Shown here: piece by piece, positions 17,201 through 26,327 of the stretch
Layout: every line of letters starts with the position of its first letter
How positions within the stretch are numbered: the stretch's first letter is position 1
Virus record (IMG/VR): IMGVR_UViG_3300042366_000454
Coordinates: 1-35,405 of that record
Length of the DNA: 35,405 nucleotides
Strand: one strand, 5' to 3'
Source: a virus
Taxonomy: Duplodnaviria; Caudoviricetes
Position numbers and translations under genes: made by a program
Notes under the pieces: model-generated
The model's database searches: none
Told to the model about the DNA's origin: nothing
The model's input: only the letters and a program-made list of their open reading frames with translations

Positions 17201-20200
17201 AAGGTTTCCCAGACTCCAGAATTTTACAGGCAGGTCAGGCCAGAACAAATAGATCAAGCTCGCAAGCTTATTGACAACGCTCTCCGCATCATTGATGCTA
17301 TGGATGTAAGCGATGCCGAGAAAGATTCGCTGGCCCAAGGGTTTTTGCTACTTGATCAAGACATTGACAAATATGAACAAAATAAAGAATACCAAAGATA
17401 CAGAGCCGAAGCAGTTAGGGAGGTTCGCCCTACTGTCGAAGCTGGGCAGATCGAGCCAACTGAGACAGAAGCTCAAGCAGCAGCGCGAGAGCTTGAGCAA
17501 CGCTCCAGAGCAGAAGCAGAGCGTTTAGAGCGCGTAGCAACAGCCCGAAGAGTTGCCGCTGGCAGAGCCGCATTTGTTCCCGCTGGACAGGCCGAAGCAT
17601 TGGGCCGTGTTGCAAGAGCCGAATCCGCGCCAGACGAATTTGAATCTCTTGTTGAGCAGGGGTTCGCGGAAGAATATAAGGGTCAACAGGTTCTTACCGA
17701 AGCAGGAATTGCCGCACTCCCCGAAGCGCAGCGTCCACGGCTGTCTCCGCAAGTAAGAAAGATTCAGATTGATACAGGGGCCACAGATGCGGCAGCAGAA
17801 GCCATTTCCAAGAATCTTCGTATTGGCGTTGATCAGGTTCCGCCCAACGTAAGAATGCCCGAAGGCTGGACGCTGGAAGGTGACGTTTATATCCCTCCGG
17901 CTCCACAACAAGTTACCAAGGCTCCAGAGGCAGCTCCGACCCCCGAAGTTTCCCCCGAAGCTATCCCAGAAGTTCCAACAGAGCCAGCAAGACCTCAGCG
18001 TAGGGCCGCAATAGTAGAGCAAGCCCCAGAAGAAACGGACGATGCTGACGTTAGGGACGAGGTTCCAGCCCTTACTACATTTGATCGCCTGTTCGCGTTT
18101 GCCGAAGATTTGATAGCCGCTACTCCCGAAAAAGCGGAGAGCATTAGGAAGACCATTGCTAATATGGCGGCAAGAATAACGGCTATGACCAAGAACAGGT
18201 CTGACGATTTCAGAGACGCCGTTATCGACAAGGCGGCAGACAGGCTCAGAAGATCGCTTGAGCGTGGTGTAAAAACAATTTCGGGTGCAAGAATAATCGC
18301 GTCCGCCTTTGATGATGTTAAAAACCTTAAAAGATTTTCTGGAGAGGTTAATCAGATTGAATCCTCTATGGATGAGGATAAAGATGAGGGGGTAAAACTT
18401 GGAGACAAGCTTGACGATGGACAACTTTCCCCAGACGTTGTTGCCGCCAGAACCGACGCGGCCACAATACTTGAATCATTTACACCTCTTGAGAGGGCGG
18501 CACTTAGCGGTCTTCTCATTCAAAGAAACTTAATAGATAGAAAGCAAGCTTATGAATACCTACAAGAAGCAATCGAAGCCGGATTCACAGCCGATGACAT
18601 CAGCAACGCAATCGACGCAGCAGAACAAAAATTCAACGATGTCCAACGAGGAGTTGGAAGAACTGTTGGACGGGCTGGTGTTGCGCCGACTGGACAAGTT
18701 GCGCCGACTGAAACGAGACTCCAACAAACAGAACGCTCTGGCGTAATGGGAGAGGTGTTGTCGGAGGTTGATAAATCCGATAATCTGACACCGAATGAAA
18801 CAGCGGCCAAAGACAAGACTAATGACCCCACGCTGAACAAGATTGGCTCTTGGCGCAATACGCTACCTGAAGGGCCGTTGCGCGATCTGATTGATCTTAT
18901 CATTAGCGTAAGTCCAGACGCCGCGAATCTGGACATTAAATATGTTTCTACTTTGGATGGAAGATATGACGGACTGTATGACCCGCAGACCAACACGCTT
19001 TACATGCCACTTAATCCGACAAAGGACATTAACCTGTTGATCGGTCACGAACTTGTCCATGCAACAACTTTAAGCAAAGCAAGAGAGTTTGATAACGGAA
19101 ACCTCAACGCACTTTCGGCCAATGACCGCGCCGTATTTAACGGACTGGAGAAAATAAGACAGCGGCTTATTAGAACGATGGGTAGAGGCAACGCCAAGTT
19201 TGCTGAGATTATGCGGATTAAGAACGCCGCAGAAAGAGGATTGGCGGCAGCAGACGCAGTGGCAAATGGCGAGATTGACGGAAACCTGTATGCCCTTGTC
19301 AACATGGCTGAGTTCCTTGCCAACTCCATTGATAACGATGGATTTAAAGACGCTCTTGGCGCGGTTGACAGAAATATCCTGAACGAGATTTGGGACTTGA
19401 TTAAGAGACTCTTCACCCTTGGAGGCAAAACGCCTAATGGAGTTGACTTGGTTTGGAGATCAATCGCGCAGCTTTCTACCACAGTAGAGGGCGAAGGGGA
19501 TGTTTCCGCAGCCGCGATCACTCCCCAACAAGACAGAGGGTATCTTCTGGATGCGATTGAAAGAGGAGATTTTGATGCGGCACAAGCTTTGGCGGATGGC
19601 GGGGCAACGATAGATCGCGCCACATTCCTTCGTTCCATCCGACCAGCGGCGACCCAACGCGCAACCACAATCCACGCCCGACTTGAGAAAGATGGAATTA
19701 TCTCAAAGGATGAGTTTTCCAACGAGCGGGGTTTGGTTTACGGTGATGGGCGGGGTGCTGCGTCCCAATATTTAGGGGCGCAATCTTACGAGCCATATCC
19801 TCCAGTTGGATTTAAACCAACTTATACGGGTGATCGCGTGGCTGGCGAGGGTGCGGCGATTGACAAAAAATTCCGCACGATCCTCAATACTTTTGTTTTG
19901 AATGTAGTAGATTCCGAAACACGAGCATTCATAGTTAAGGACATTGCAAACTTGTTAGTCAATGGAGGAAGGGCGGTATTCGTTACTCGCGGCAAAGATG
20001 TTGCCACATCTAAAGCCTTGGTGTCTTTCGGGCCACTTGAAAGAATTCAAAGATCGGAAGGCAAGCTCACTTACCAAAAAGGATTTACACAGCCAGAACT
20101 AATTCAATATCTTCAAGAAACTCTTGGGGACGGATTTAATGTTCGGGCCTTGCGCGGAGGGAGTTCCAGCGATGTGCGCGCTGAAGTAATTAAGAATACT

Positions 20201-23200
20201 GGTGCTACATTGGACAATCCCCCGCTGGTTCAGGAATCTATAGAAGGGCGAAATTTGGTTGCCCCCTCCGCTATTACTCCACAACAAGACGCCGACTACC
20301 TCGCAGCCGTCGAGCGCGGCGACATGGAGACAGCGCAACGGATGGTGGATGAGGCGGCGAAACGGGCTGGCTATACCACTCCAGCATCTCATGGAAGCGC
20401 AGCCGACAAAGAGTTTACGGTATTTGATACAAGCACAAGCCCATATGGAAGGGTGCAGGGTAGTTATTTTACGAAAAACATTACAGGAACATGGAAGGGG
20501 TGGCTAAAGAACAGGCGGCTAATGCGCGTGTATCTCAAGTTTAATAATCCTGCTACGACAAGTGTATTAAATGAAATGGGATATAGTATTATTGGAGAGG
20601 ATGCAAGGCAATGGCTTGAGTCAAGAGGATATGACGGAGTTGTTGATGATTCTATGGATGAAGTTGTTGCATTTCGTCCAGAACAGATCAAATCCGCCGA
20701 CCCCGTAACCCGCGACGATCAAGGCAACGTCATCCCTCTATCCAAAAGATTCCAGCCCACAGAGGCAGACATTAGATTTGCAGCTATTGACCCAACCAAA
20801 CTACAGAAGCCAGATGACATGGACTCGCCAACACAGGCGGAGGCTTCTGAAAACGTGGCGAATAGGGCGGAAGCAAAGAAGGCGCAACTCAATCTGTTGG
20901 GTCACTCCATCTTGGAAGATGAGATTCCCGAAGAATATACCGAACTTACCAATGAAGACTACGAGAACGGAATGGCGTTCCAAGACTTTAAGTTTTCCAA
21001 GTCCTACAATTTCAACAATCCAACTTACGCTCCGTTCGTTGCCGCGCAATGGTTGAGACTCAATGGTGGGTTGATGCCCACTGTAAAGGTTCAGGGGCTT
21101 GAGCTTTCCAAGCCAGAGAAAGGAACAGCCGAAGCCGAATCCCTCCGACTCCTCAAGAGGGCCGTTTCAATTTACGACAGCAGAAGCGAAGTTCGCGGAG
21201 GCAAGGAACTTACTTATAGCTTGGGCGACATCATGGCAACATGGATGGAGTCCGGTCTTGGCGAGGCAGCATTGCGTAATGCCATTGTCCAATTCACCAA
21301 CCTTGATGTCTCGATTGCCGAGAAAGCTGCCGCCAACTTTGCCGAGGTTTACAAGCTTGCTCAAGCCGTTCAAGACGCTAAGAATCGCGCCGTAACAAGG
21401 GTTGAGCGCGGGTTGCCAGCGGAAACAGCAAGGCAGAGAAAAGAGAAAAATGCTCGCCTAAAACTTGAACAAGCGGCTGGAACCATTGATGCCATTGCCG
21501 AGTCTATCAAGATTGCATTTGATGTTAATGTCAATAAACCCAGAACCGACAGGGCTACCGAGCGCAAACAAATCGAGGAACAGCTTCGTCAGGCTAAACG
21601 CATATTGCGTGATATTGTTCCGTCTCAATACCTTGGTGGACAGCTTGCCAGTCTTGAGGCGGCAACCGGAATTGACGGGCTACGCAAGGTTGTAGAGGCG
21701 GCACAAGATGCCCTTGGAAACGCCATGCTGGACAACGCTGTTGCTCGCGCCAAAAACGCATTCATTAAGGCGACTAAGGCTATCAAGAAAAACGAAATTG
21801 GCCCAGACGCAGCAGCGGCCTTGCGTGAGTTTGTCGAAAACTACAAGACAAAAGGCATGTCCGAAGAGACGAGGAAAAAGATTCAGGAAGCAGTTACTGC
21901 CTTTGACGCAAACCCCGTTGAGGCGTTGGCTGATATAGCTTCAGAGAAGTATCGCAAGAGGGCTGGAGAGCTTGACCAGATCAGAATAGATAAAGAGCTT
22001 GGATTAAACACCCTTAACGAGATTTCAGATTTTGTTAACTCTGTTCTTCATGCGGACAAAATTGCTCGCGGTGAGATGCTTTTCAATAAAAAGCAAACCC
22101 GCTTTGAAATCATTGACAAATCTATAGAGGAAATTGATAAGGCCAAAAACATTTCCGACTCATTCCTTGTTAAGTTCTTTAGAATTACGCAGGGCATGAG
22201 GGGTGAAGCAATCTTGAATGCTTTGGGTCTTGAGACACTTCGCAAGTTTGCCTACGAGAACTTGGTTACAGACGCTTATGGCGACCAACTATCAAGCACT
22301 CACAGGCTAAAACATCAGATTGAGAACGCCATCAAAGAAATAACGGGATTTGAAATTGGCAGCAGAGACTTTGACCTGTATTCCAAAGAGCTTATAGAGG
22401 TTCGCGGAGTCAACCTGTCTGGCGAGTCTGGAACTATTAAGATTCAACGCAACGAGCTTTGGGACATTCTTGGCTCGCTTAGAGACCCAGACAACATGCG
22501 CCGTGCCGTTCAGTCTGGAGGCTTTGTCATTGACCGCCTCCGCACAGAGAACATTGATACGGTAAAGATAACGCCCGACAATTATATTGATTTGCTGGCC
22601 AAGGCTACCGACAAGGATAACGCCATGATCGGTTTCTTGCACGGCATGTATAACAATGACTTGTTTGAAATCCTTAACGATTCATATATTCAGGCTTATG
22701 GCCACGGAATCAAGAAGGTTGATTCTTACTATCCAAGAAACGCAGATTGGGTTACGCGCAGGGTTGAATCAAAAGATGACCTTGCTTATTCGGCTTACAC
22801 GCAGACTCGCGTTGATGACTTTGGCCCCCTCAAAGAGCGCGACGAAAGGGCAAGAGCAAGGCTTGTGGCCACCGACGCCATTTCAAGAATAGACTACCAC
22901 TTGGAGAATGATGCAAGAATCGCGGCATATCTTCCCATCAGCAAGGACATTGATTCGGTGTTGAACGACCCGATTATTAAAGAGAAGCTAACCAAGAAGC
23001 TTGGCCGCAAGGGATACCAGATTATTGTGGAAATGACCCGTCAGCAAATGGTTCCTACCCGTGGGCTTCCTTCTGGCGTTCTTTCAATTCTTTCTACCAA
23101 CGTTGGCGTTGGTGTGCTTGGCTTGAAGATTCATGCCGCTATGCAAAACCCTGTCGGCATTCCCATTGCCGTGGCGAGCTATGGTCTTGAAGGATTTAAA

Positions 23201-24595
23201 TATCTTGCCAAGGCATTGCCCTATGGAGTTAGTGCGGTTGACCCAGCTAAATGGCGCAAGATGGCCAACGTTCTAAAAGAGTTTGCCCCGTATTATGCCG
23301 AACGTTATGGCCTTGGTGGATACGCAAGAGAAATGACCAGCAGCATTGTTGATGTCGATTATAGAAGCTCCAAGTTCAGAAAATCAACGGAACATGCCGC
23401 GCTTTTCATGCTGGAAAAGACCGACCAATGGGGTGCATATATTCGTTACAGAATTGCACAAGAGCGAATCAGGGACACAACCAACCTTGAGGAAGGCACA
23501 GAAGAGTTTAATAGGGCCGTCGCTAAAGAGTGGTCGCTTATCATGTTTAGAAGTGAAAACACTTCTCATGGCGCAGACAGAACTGGAGTGTTTCAGTTTG
23601 CCGCCAAGCATCCATTCGCCAAATTCTTTATCATGTTCCAGAGTGCCGTGTCCAAGCAGTTCTCGCTTGCGGCTGAAGGTCTTCTGCAAATCCAGCAGGG
23701 CGGGGCAAAGAATAGAAGAGAGGGGCTTTCCAAGCTTGGTTTGTTCTTTACCAGCGTTTACATGAGTGCCGCCATATCTCGCGCCTTCTACGGATTTATG
23801 TTCCCGCCGAAAGACGAGGAAGAAGAAAAGAAGACTTGGCTTGAGTTCTTTGCGGGAATGATTGCCGCCCCCGCTTCAGCAATACCTGTTCTTGGAAACT
23901 TTATTTCTACAGGCATTGAAAACATTGCCGGAGCTGCTTCTGGAAAACCGGACATTGGTTTGCCTAAGCCAATGCAAATTGATTTGATTTCTTCATTGGC
24001 CTTTAGTTCTCTTGATTTCGGTATTGCGTTAGGCAGGTTTATTGCCGACCTTTCCGACCAAGAAATTAACGAGATTACTGGCAATCCTAAATATGTTGAC
24101 TCGTTTTTAAGAGCAGCCAAAAAAGCTGCGAGTCCAGCATCTATGTTGAGTGGTGCGCCAATTGGTGGCGGTATGCAGCTATGGAACCTGTTTATTACAA
24201 AGCCAAGAGAGATGTTTTTTGCTGGAGATGAGGCTAAACGCAAAGAGACAACCAAGAAGATCAAAGACAAAATCAAAGCGGAGCGTCCTGAACCCATCAG
24301 GCAAGAGGTGGCCAAGCTTTACTTCGCGGCTATGGAAAACAATCAAAAGCAATTCGCTCGCGCCTACAAGGAACTGAAAGCCAAGCGCAAAAACTTCTCT
24401 CTCAAAGACGCCAGAGACTACATCTCAAGACGCGAAGAGTTTATCATCTCCAGACTTGTTGAGAGTGGCGACATCAGTATCAAGAATGGCGACATCACCA
24501 GAGAAGAATATCTTGAGAATAAGGCATTGCGGAGCGCAACGCTGTCCGCTATTAGCCAGATGTGGAATGACACAAGATTAAAGCAAGCCCCGTGA
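14219..24595 (+). CDS. 3458-aa large polyvalent (probably injected) protein: zincin metallopeptidase + SAM methyltransferase + ART-PolyVal-like domains
   Basis: HELVH (aa ~1610) with downstream EFLA; LVYGDGRG..FVLNVV..YQKGFT; HGS..GSYFT..GYDGV..DEVVAFRPEQIKS; long helical C-region. Confidence 0.85.
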   Translation: MAITFLDEEEDGASPEQEIGTKITFLDEEPETGVTFIEEDPVQSYSSAVKEFKDVQKTYESNAAAYNEFSSLPLTEADEPERLRLFDGARNSEILLDDKLRKVEKLRPAYEAVQEQRKQEEIASLNKLSENPLTAGVVEPALAAREKREAQLAALAQENLEDEAYSQKAKEISEEYSNFVNSSIQKSIKDSEEERLLLRDVLNERNRARMTGLGRVGAAEAVGSVILGTRESQNVADLASELGEEYANEILGRSATPRDVARGAVARFVGGGIAGIPSNVIDLFAGGEREPESLEEVRRLQSLVDGGDASVAPQLEEAKKNLRKEALLTAVERMTPEEKFKIQRDYLESKQNEILAGAPPERRQRIIDASERIMDSYEASRFNPEDPKAYGALLPDGTIYFTPKGKEDVNLAVDKIADAGLISEASKERYKSYYNNLEAERERAIRASAVQTTTFQNWIKNNPEYSIETDAGVEEAIAAFEESHNTPTANIVDIVPGLFRGIKSYVTDATIGARLSAIAASDISESEKADQMLAIYAEETEKLGERPPTSFLGGAAEITGNFAAQALPMIAAKFLSLFGPTGKTAGKFAVPTARAYTLAHMGALYAGQGYIEAVGQSVRESGYNSLEEIQEQNPELAERINETGKRAMIDAAKISLTEQIPIEGLVSSIGKFAKKPTTFKRIMEAVALNPAAEISQEIFADAAMQAAQSRYSLENKDIKMMSLEEIGQMYLGVLPITGGTAVAARTADRAMQRKEDAIAKLNEEQRRIFEAESALIDVAERAAKDAEATAPETAKAVADEAARARQELDARIGQTAESVGGEPISIRATVSPRREGETDQEWRARIEQERAEQGVTIPESRTIADAVRDKDTFVFNGMRGALVKDGDRVSFRPFGTQESYEVPASEAQNISEVEGVEWVRRGQIRTTVQEAPVEVSTEIEATPVVTEDEASEVADDVEVPPSLVEIEKSPTLNFFADLFDTGESRVSQEGKRAKKVSQTPEFYRQVRPEQIDQARKLIDNALRIIDAMDVSDAEKDSLAQGFLLLDQDIDKYEQNKEYQRYRAEAVREVRPTVEAGQIEPTETEAQAAARELEQRSRAEAERLERVATARRVAAGRAAFVPAGQAEALGRVARAESAPDEFESLVEQGFAEEYKGQQVLTEAGIAALPEAQRPRLSPQVRKIQIDTGATDAAAEAISKNLRIGVDQVPPNVRMPEGWTLEGDVYIPPAPQQVTKAPEAAPTPEVSPEAIPEVPTEPARPQRRAAIVEQAPEETDDADVRDEVPALTTFDRLFAFAEDLIAATPEKAESIRKTIANMAARITAMTKNRSDDFRDAVIDKAADRLRRSLERGVKTISGARIIASAFDDVKNLKRFSGEVNQIESSMDEDKDEGVKLGDKLDDGQLSPDVVAARTDAATILESFTPLERAALSGLLIQRNLIDRKQAYEYLQEAIEAGFTADDISNAIDAAEQKFNDVQRGVGRTVGRAGVAPTGQVAPTETRLQQTERSGVMGEVLSEVDKSDNLTPNETAAKDKTNDPTLNKIGSWRNTLPEGPLRDLIDLIISVSPDAANLDIKYVSTLDGRYDGLYDPQTNTLYMPLNPTKDINLLIGHELVHATTLSKAREFDNGNLNALSANDRAVFNGLEKIRQRLIRTMGRGNAKFAEIMRIKNAAERGLAAADAVANGEIDGNLYALVNMAEFLANSIDNDGFKDALGAVDRNILNEIWDLIKRLFTLGGKTPNGVDLVWRSIAQLSTTVEGEGDVSAAAITPQQDRGYLLDAIERGDFDAAQALADGGATIDRATFLRSIRPAATQRATTIHARLEKDGIISKDEFSNERGLVYGDGRGAASQYLGAQSYEPYPPVGFKPTYTGDRVAGEGAAIDKKFRTILNTFVLNVVDSETRAFIVKDIANLLVNGGRAVFVTRGKDVATSKALVSFGPLERIQRSEGKLTYQKGFTQPELIQYLQETLGDGFNVRALRGGSSSDVRAEVIKNTGATLDNPPLVQESIEGRNLVAPSAITPQQDADYLAAVERGDMETAQRMVDEAAKRAGYTTPASHGSAADKEFTVFDTSTSPYGRVQGSYFTKNITGTWKGWLKNRRLMRVYLKFNNPATTSVLNEMGYSIIGEDARQWLESRGYDGVVDDSMDEVVAFRPEQIKSADPVTRDDQGNVIPLSKRFQPTEADIRFAAIDPTKLQKPDDMDSPTQAEASENVANRAEAKKAQLNLLGHSILEDEIPEEYTELTNEDYENGMAFQDFKFSKSYNFNNPTYAPFVAAQWLRLNGGLMPTVKVQGLELSKPEKGTAEAESLRLLKRAVSIYDSRSEVRGGKELTYSLGDIMATWMESGLGEAALRNAIVQFTNLDVSIAEKAAANFAEVYKLAQAVQDAKNRAVTRVERGLPAETARQRKEKNARLKLEQAAGTIDAIAESIKIAFDVNVNKPRTDRATERKQIEEQLRQAKRILRDIVPSQYLGGQLASLEAATGIDGLRKVVEAAQDALGNAMLDNAVARAKNAFIKATKAIKKNEIGPDAAAALREFVENYKTKGMSEETRKKIQEAVTAFDANPVEALADIASEKYRKRAGELDQIRIDKELGLNTLNEISDFVNSVLHADKIARGEMLFNKKQTRFEIIDKSIEEIDKAKNISDSFLVKFFRITQGMRGEAILNALGLETLRKFAYENLVTDAYGDQLSSTHRLKHQIENAIKEITGFEIGSRDFDLYSKELIEVRGVNLSGESGTIKIQRNELWDILGSLRDPDNMRRAVQSGGFVIDRLRTENIDTVKITPDNYIDLLAKATDKDNAMIGFLHGMYNNDLFEILNDSYIQAYGHGIKKVDSYYPRNADWVTRRVESKDDLAYSAYTQTRVDDFGPLKERDERARARLVATDAISRIDYHLENDARIAAYLPISKDIDSVLNDPIIKEKLTKKLGRKGYQIIVEMTRQQMVPTRGLPSGVLSILSTNVGVGVLGLKIHAAMQNPVGIPIAVASYGLEGFKYLAKALPYGVSAVDPAKWRKMANVLKEFAPYYAERYGLGGYAREMTSSIVDVDYRSSKFRKSTEHAALFMLEKTDQWGAYIRYRIAQERIRDTTNLEEGTEEFNRAVAKEWSLIMFRSENTSHGADRTGVFQFAAKHPFAKFFIMFQSAVSKQFSLAAEGLLQIQQGGAKNRREGLSKLGLFFTSVYMSAAISRAFYGFMFPPKDEEEEKKTWLEFFAGMIAAPASAIPVLGNFISTGIENIAGAASGKPDIGLPKPMQIDLISSLAFSSLDFGIALGRFIADLSDQEINEITGNPKYVDSFLRAAKKAASPASMLSGAPIGGGMQLWNLFITKPREMFFAGDEAKRKETTKKIKDKIKAERPEPIRQEVAKLYFAAMENNQKQFARAYKELKAKRKNFSLKDARDYISRREEFIISRLVESGDISIKNGDITREEYLENKALRSATLSAISQMWNDTRLKQAP

Positions 24596-25231
24596 TTGGG
24601 CTTCTTTAATTTCTTCTTCGCTCCATTGTTGTGCATACCAAACTTCAGCATCCCAAGGCAGCGGCCTCATGCGGTCAACCCCGAAAGAAAGTCTCCTGTA
24701 GTTGTCTGGAGCGTTCTCTTCCAGCTTAACAAACTTGTCCTCTGGAAGCATGTCCTTATCGTCTGGGAGTGCCAAGTAATCCCTGACAAACTCAAGAATG
24801 AACCAATGCTTGATCAGGAATGTTGACTGAGCACAAGCCATCCAAGGGGCGGCATCCATCTTGGCCCCGAATACCATACCTTTATCTCCGCAATCTTGAT
24901 ACATTTTTCCGAGAATATCACCGAACCATAGGCAGTCCGCTTCCTTATAGATAAAGTCTCTTCCGCAATTGTAGGCAATTAGTGCCAGTGTAACAACGGA
25001 GGCAGACCAACCGCATAATCCAGAACGGTTCTCTTTGATTAGATCGCCAACATGACCAAGATTATGGTTGCAGAATATTTGTTTTGTATGAATCGCTTGA
25101 GGCATTGTGTGTATTGTGCAAGCGCAATACCAAGATGGTGAATATTTCTCCGTGTTGGCTATCCAGATGTTAGCCATTTTCTCGTCCCATTCGGAACGCC
25201 AGTGGTATCCTGTCCCAATAACGTATTTCAT
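24578..25231 (-). CDS. putative glycosyltransferase (GT-A-like)
   Basis: ATG at 25231 overlapping the upstream TGA; FIYKEADCLW DxD-like motif. Confidence 0.5.
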   Translation of the reverse strand: MKYVIGTGYHWRSEWDEKMANIWIANTEKYSPSWYCACTIHTMPQAIHTKQIFCNHNLGHVGDLIKENRSGLCGWSASVVTLALIAYNCGRDFIYKEADCLWFGDILGKMYQDCGDKGMVFGAKMDAAPWMACAQSTFLIKHWFILEFVRDYLALPDDKDMLPEDKFVKLEENAPDNYRRLSFGVDRMRPLPWDAEVWYAQQWSEEEIKEAQSRGLL

Positions 25232-25791
25232 TTTTTTCGATAAACAGAAAGCGTGGGCTTTACCCAACGGGCAGTAGCCACGGAGCGGAGATGTATTGAA
25301 TATTCTTCCATCCATTGATAGCCCCAAAATTCAAAGATGTCATTCCAATAGGATTGCGGCTGGCAATTAACATGGTGGTGTCCTCCGTCGCTCCATTGTG
25401 GCTCCGAGTAAGTCATTGCCACAATCTTGGCCGAATTAAATGTTGCCATGTAGTTGTTGACGTATTGATGTTCAACGTGTTCGACAAACTCGCAAGACCA
25501 AGCCATATCAAAACTTGATTCAACCCTGAACGGGCCTTTTGTGTAGTCATGGAGAATGATGCGATCTTTGACGGGACTATTTTCCAATGCGATGGGCGAT
25601 CCCTCAATACCAACAGAATCAACGCCGTGGTCTGCAAACCACTTAACGGAATGCCCTTCCCCGCATCCAATATCAATCAGATTTTTGGGGTTAAATGCTT
25701 TGATTAACTCCGACCATACCGCCGTGTCGTATGTGTCTGGGTCGCCGCCACGAACGAATCCGCCCAAGTGTCCATCCATTACGAGTTCCAT
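25228..25791 (-). CDS. class I SAM-dependent methyltransferase
   Basis: LIDIGCGEG, FDMAWSCEFVEHV, GHHHVN. Confidence 0.9.
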   Translation of the reverse strand: MELVMDGHLGGFVRGGDPDTYDTAVWSELIKAFNPKNLIDIGCGEGHSVKWFADHGVDSVGIEGSPIALENSPVKDRIILHDYTKGPFRVESSFDMAWSCEFVEHVEHQYVNNYMATFNSAKIVAMTYSEPQWSDGGHHHVNCQPQSYWNDIFEFWGYQWMEEYSIHLRSVATARWVKPTLSVYRKK

Positions 25792-26327
25792 TTGTGTTTT
25801 ATTGCCTCCGCTATAATTGTTTCTGTTTTATTGTTTCTATCTCCAATGACCTTTCCGTGGCCCTCTACTCCGCGAAGCTCTTCATAAGATGATTCGCCAA
25901 CCCTGCATTCGGTTATGTATGCTTCTTCAAATCCAGCGGCATACAAGCATGTTTTCAGAATTGGGAAATTCCAAGCAGAAAGATGGCCGTGATTTAAGAG
26001 GATTGACTGAACGGCTGAACGTCTTGTTCCGTCGCCGAATCCAGATTGTCCGAACCAAGCAAGATAAGCTTCGTCGGCCTTGTCCATAATCTTGTCTGCA
26101 CTTGGGACGGCAATTCTGATAACGCTGTCAGCCCCAAGAACCCTGTAAGCCTCCATGAAAAACCTAACTACGTCAGGGGTTGTTAGGTGCTCGCAAACGT
26201 GCTCCGCGAAAATGAAGTCGAAAGACTCGTCTTCGTATGGAAGTGGTTTACTTATGTCCACATCTGCATCGTGATTTTTCCACCCATCTAAAATGTTGCC
26301 GCCGCAACCCAAGTTTAGTTTTCTCAT
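25779..26327 (-). CDS. class I SAM-dependent methyltransferase (type 11-like)
   Basis: KLNLGCG, LPYEDESFDFIFAEHVCEHL, IRIAVP. Confidence 0.9.
   Translation of the reverse strand: MRKLNLGCGGNILDGWKNHDADVDISKPLPYEDESFDFIFAEHVCEHLTTPDVVRFFMEAYRVLGADSVIRIAVPSADKIMDKADEAYLAWFGQSGFGDGTRRSAVQSILLNHGHLSAWNFPILKTCLYAAGFEEAYITECRVGESSYEELRGVEGHGKVIGDRNNKTETIIAEAIKHKWNS

Noticed and set aside
18680-18710. Direct repeat GTTGCGCCGACTG x2
   Set aside because: In-frame 18-nt micro-duplication (VAPT) in a linker; no wider array.
24578-24595. Terminator between convergent operons (also at 3796/3798)
   Set aside because: The genes overlap or abut, and no convincing hairpin plus U-tract was seen.
14373-24651. 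Many antisense and alternate-frame ORFs (e.g. 17525..18424, 19045..19722, 23788..24315)
   Set aside because: Shadow ORFs of the 10-kb gene, with no recognisable motifs or initiation signals.
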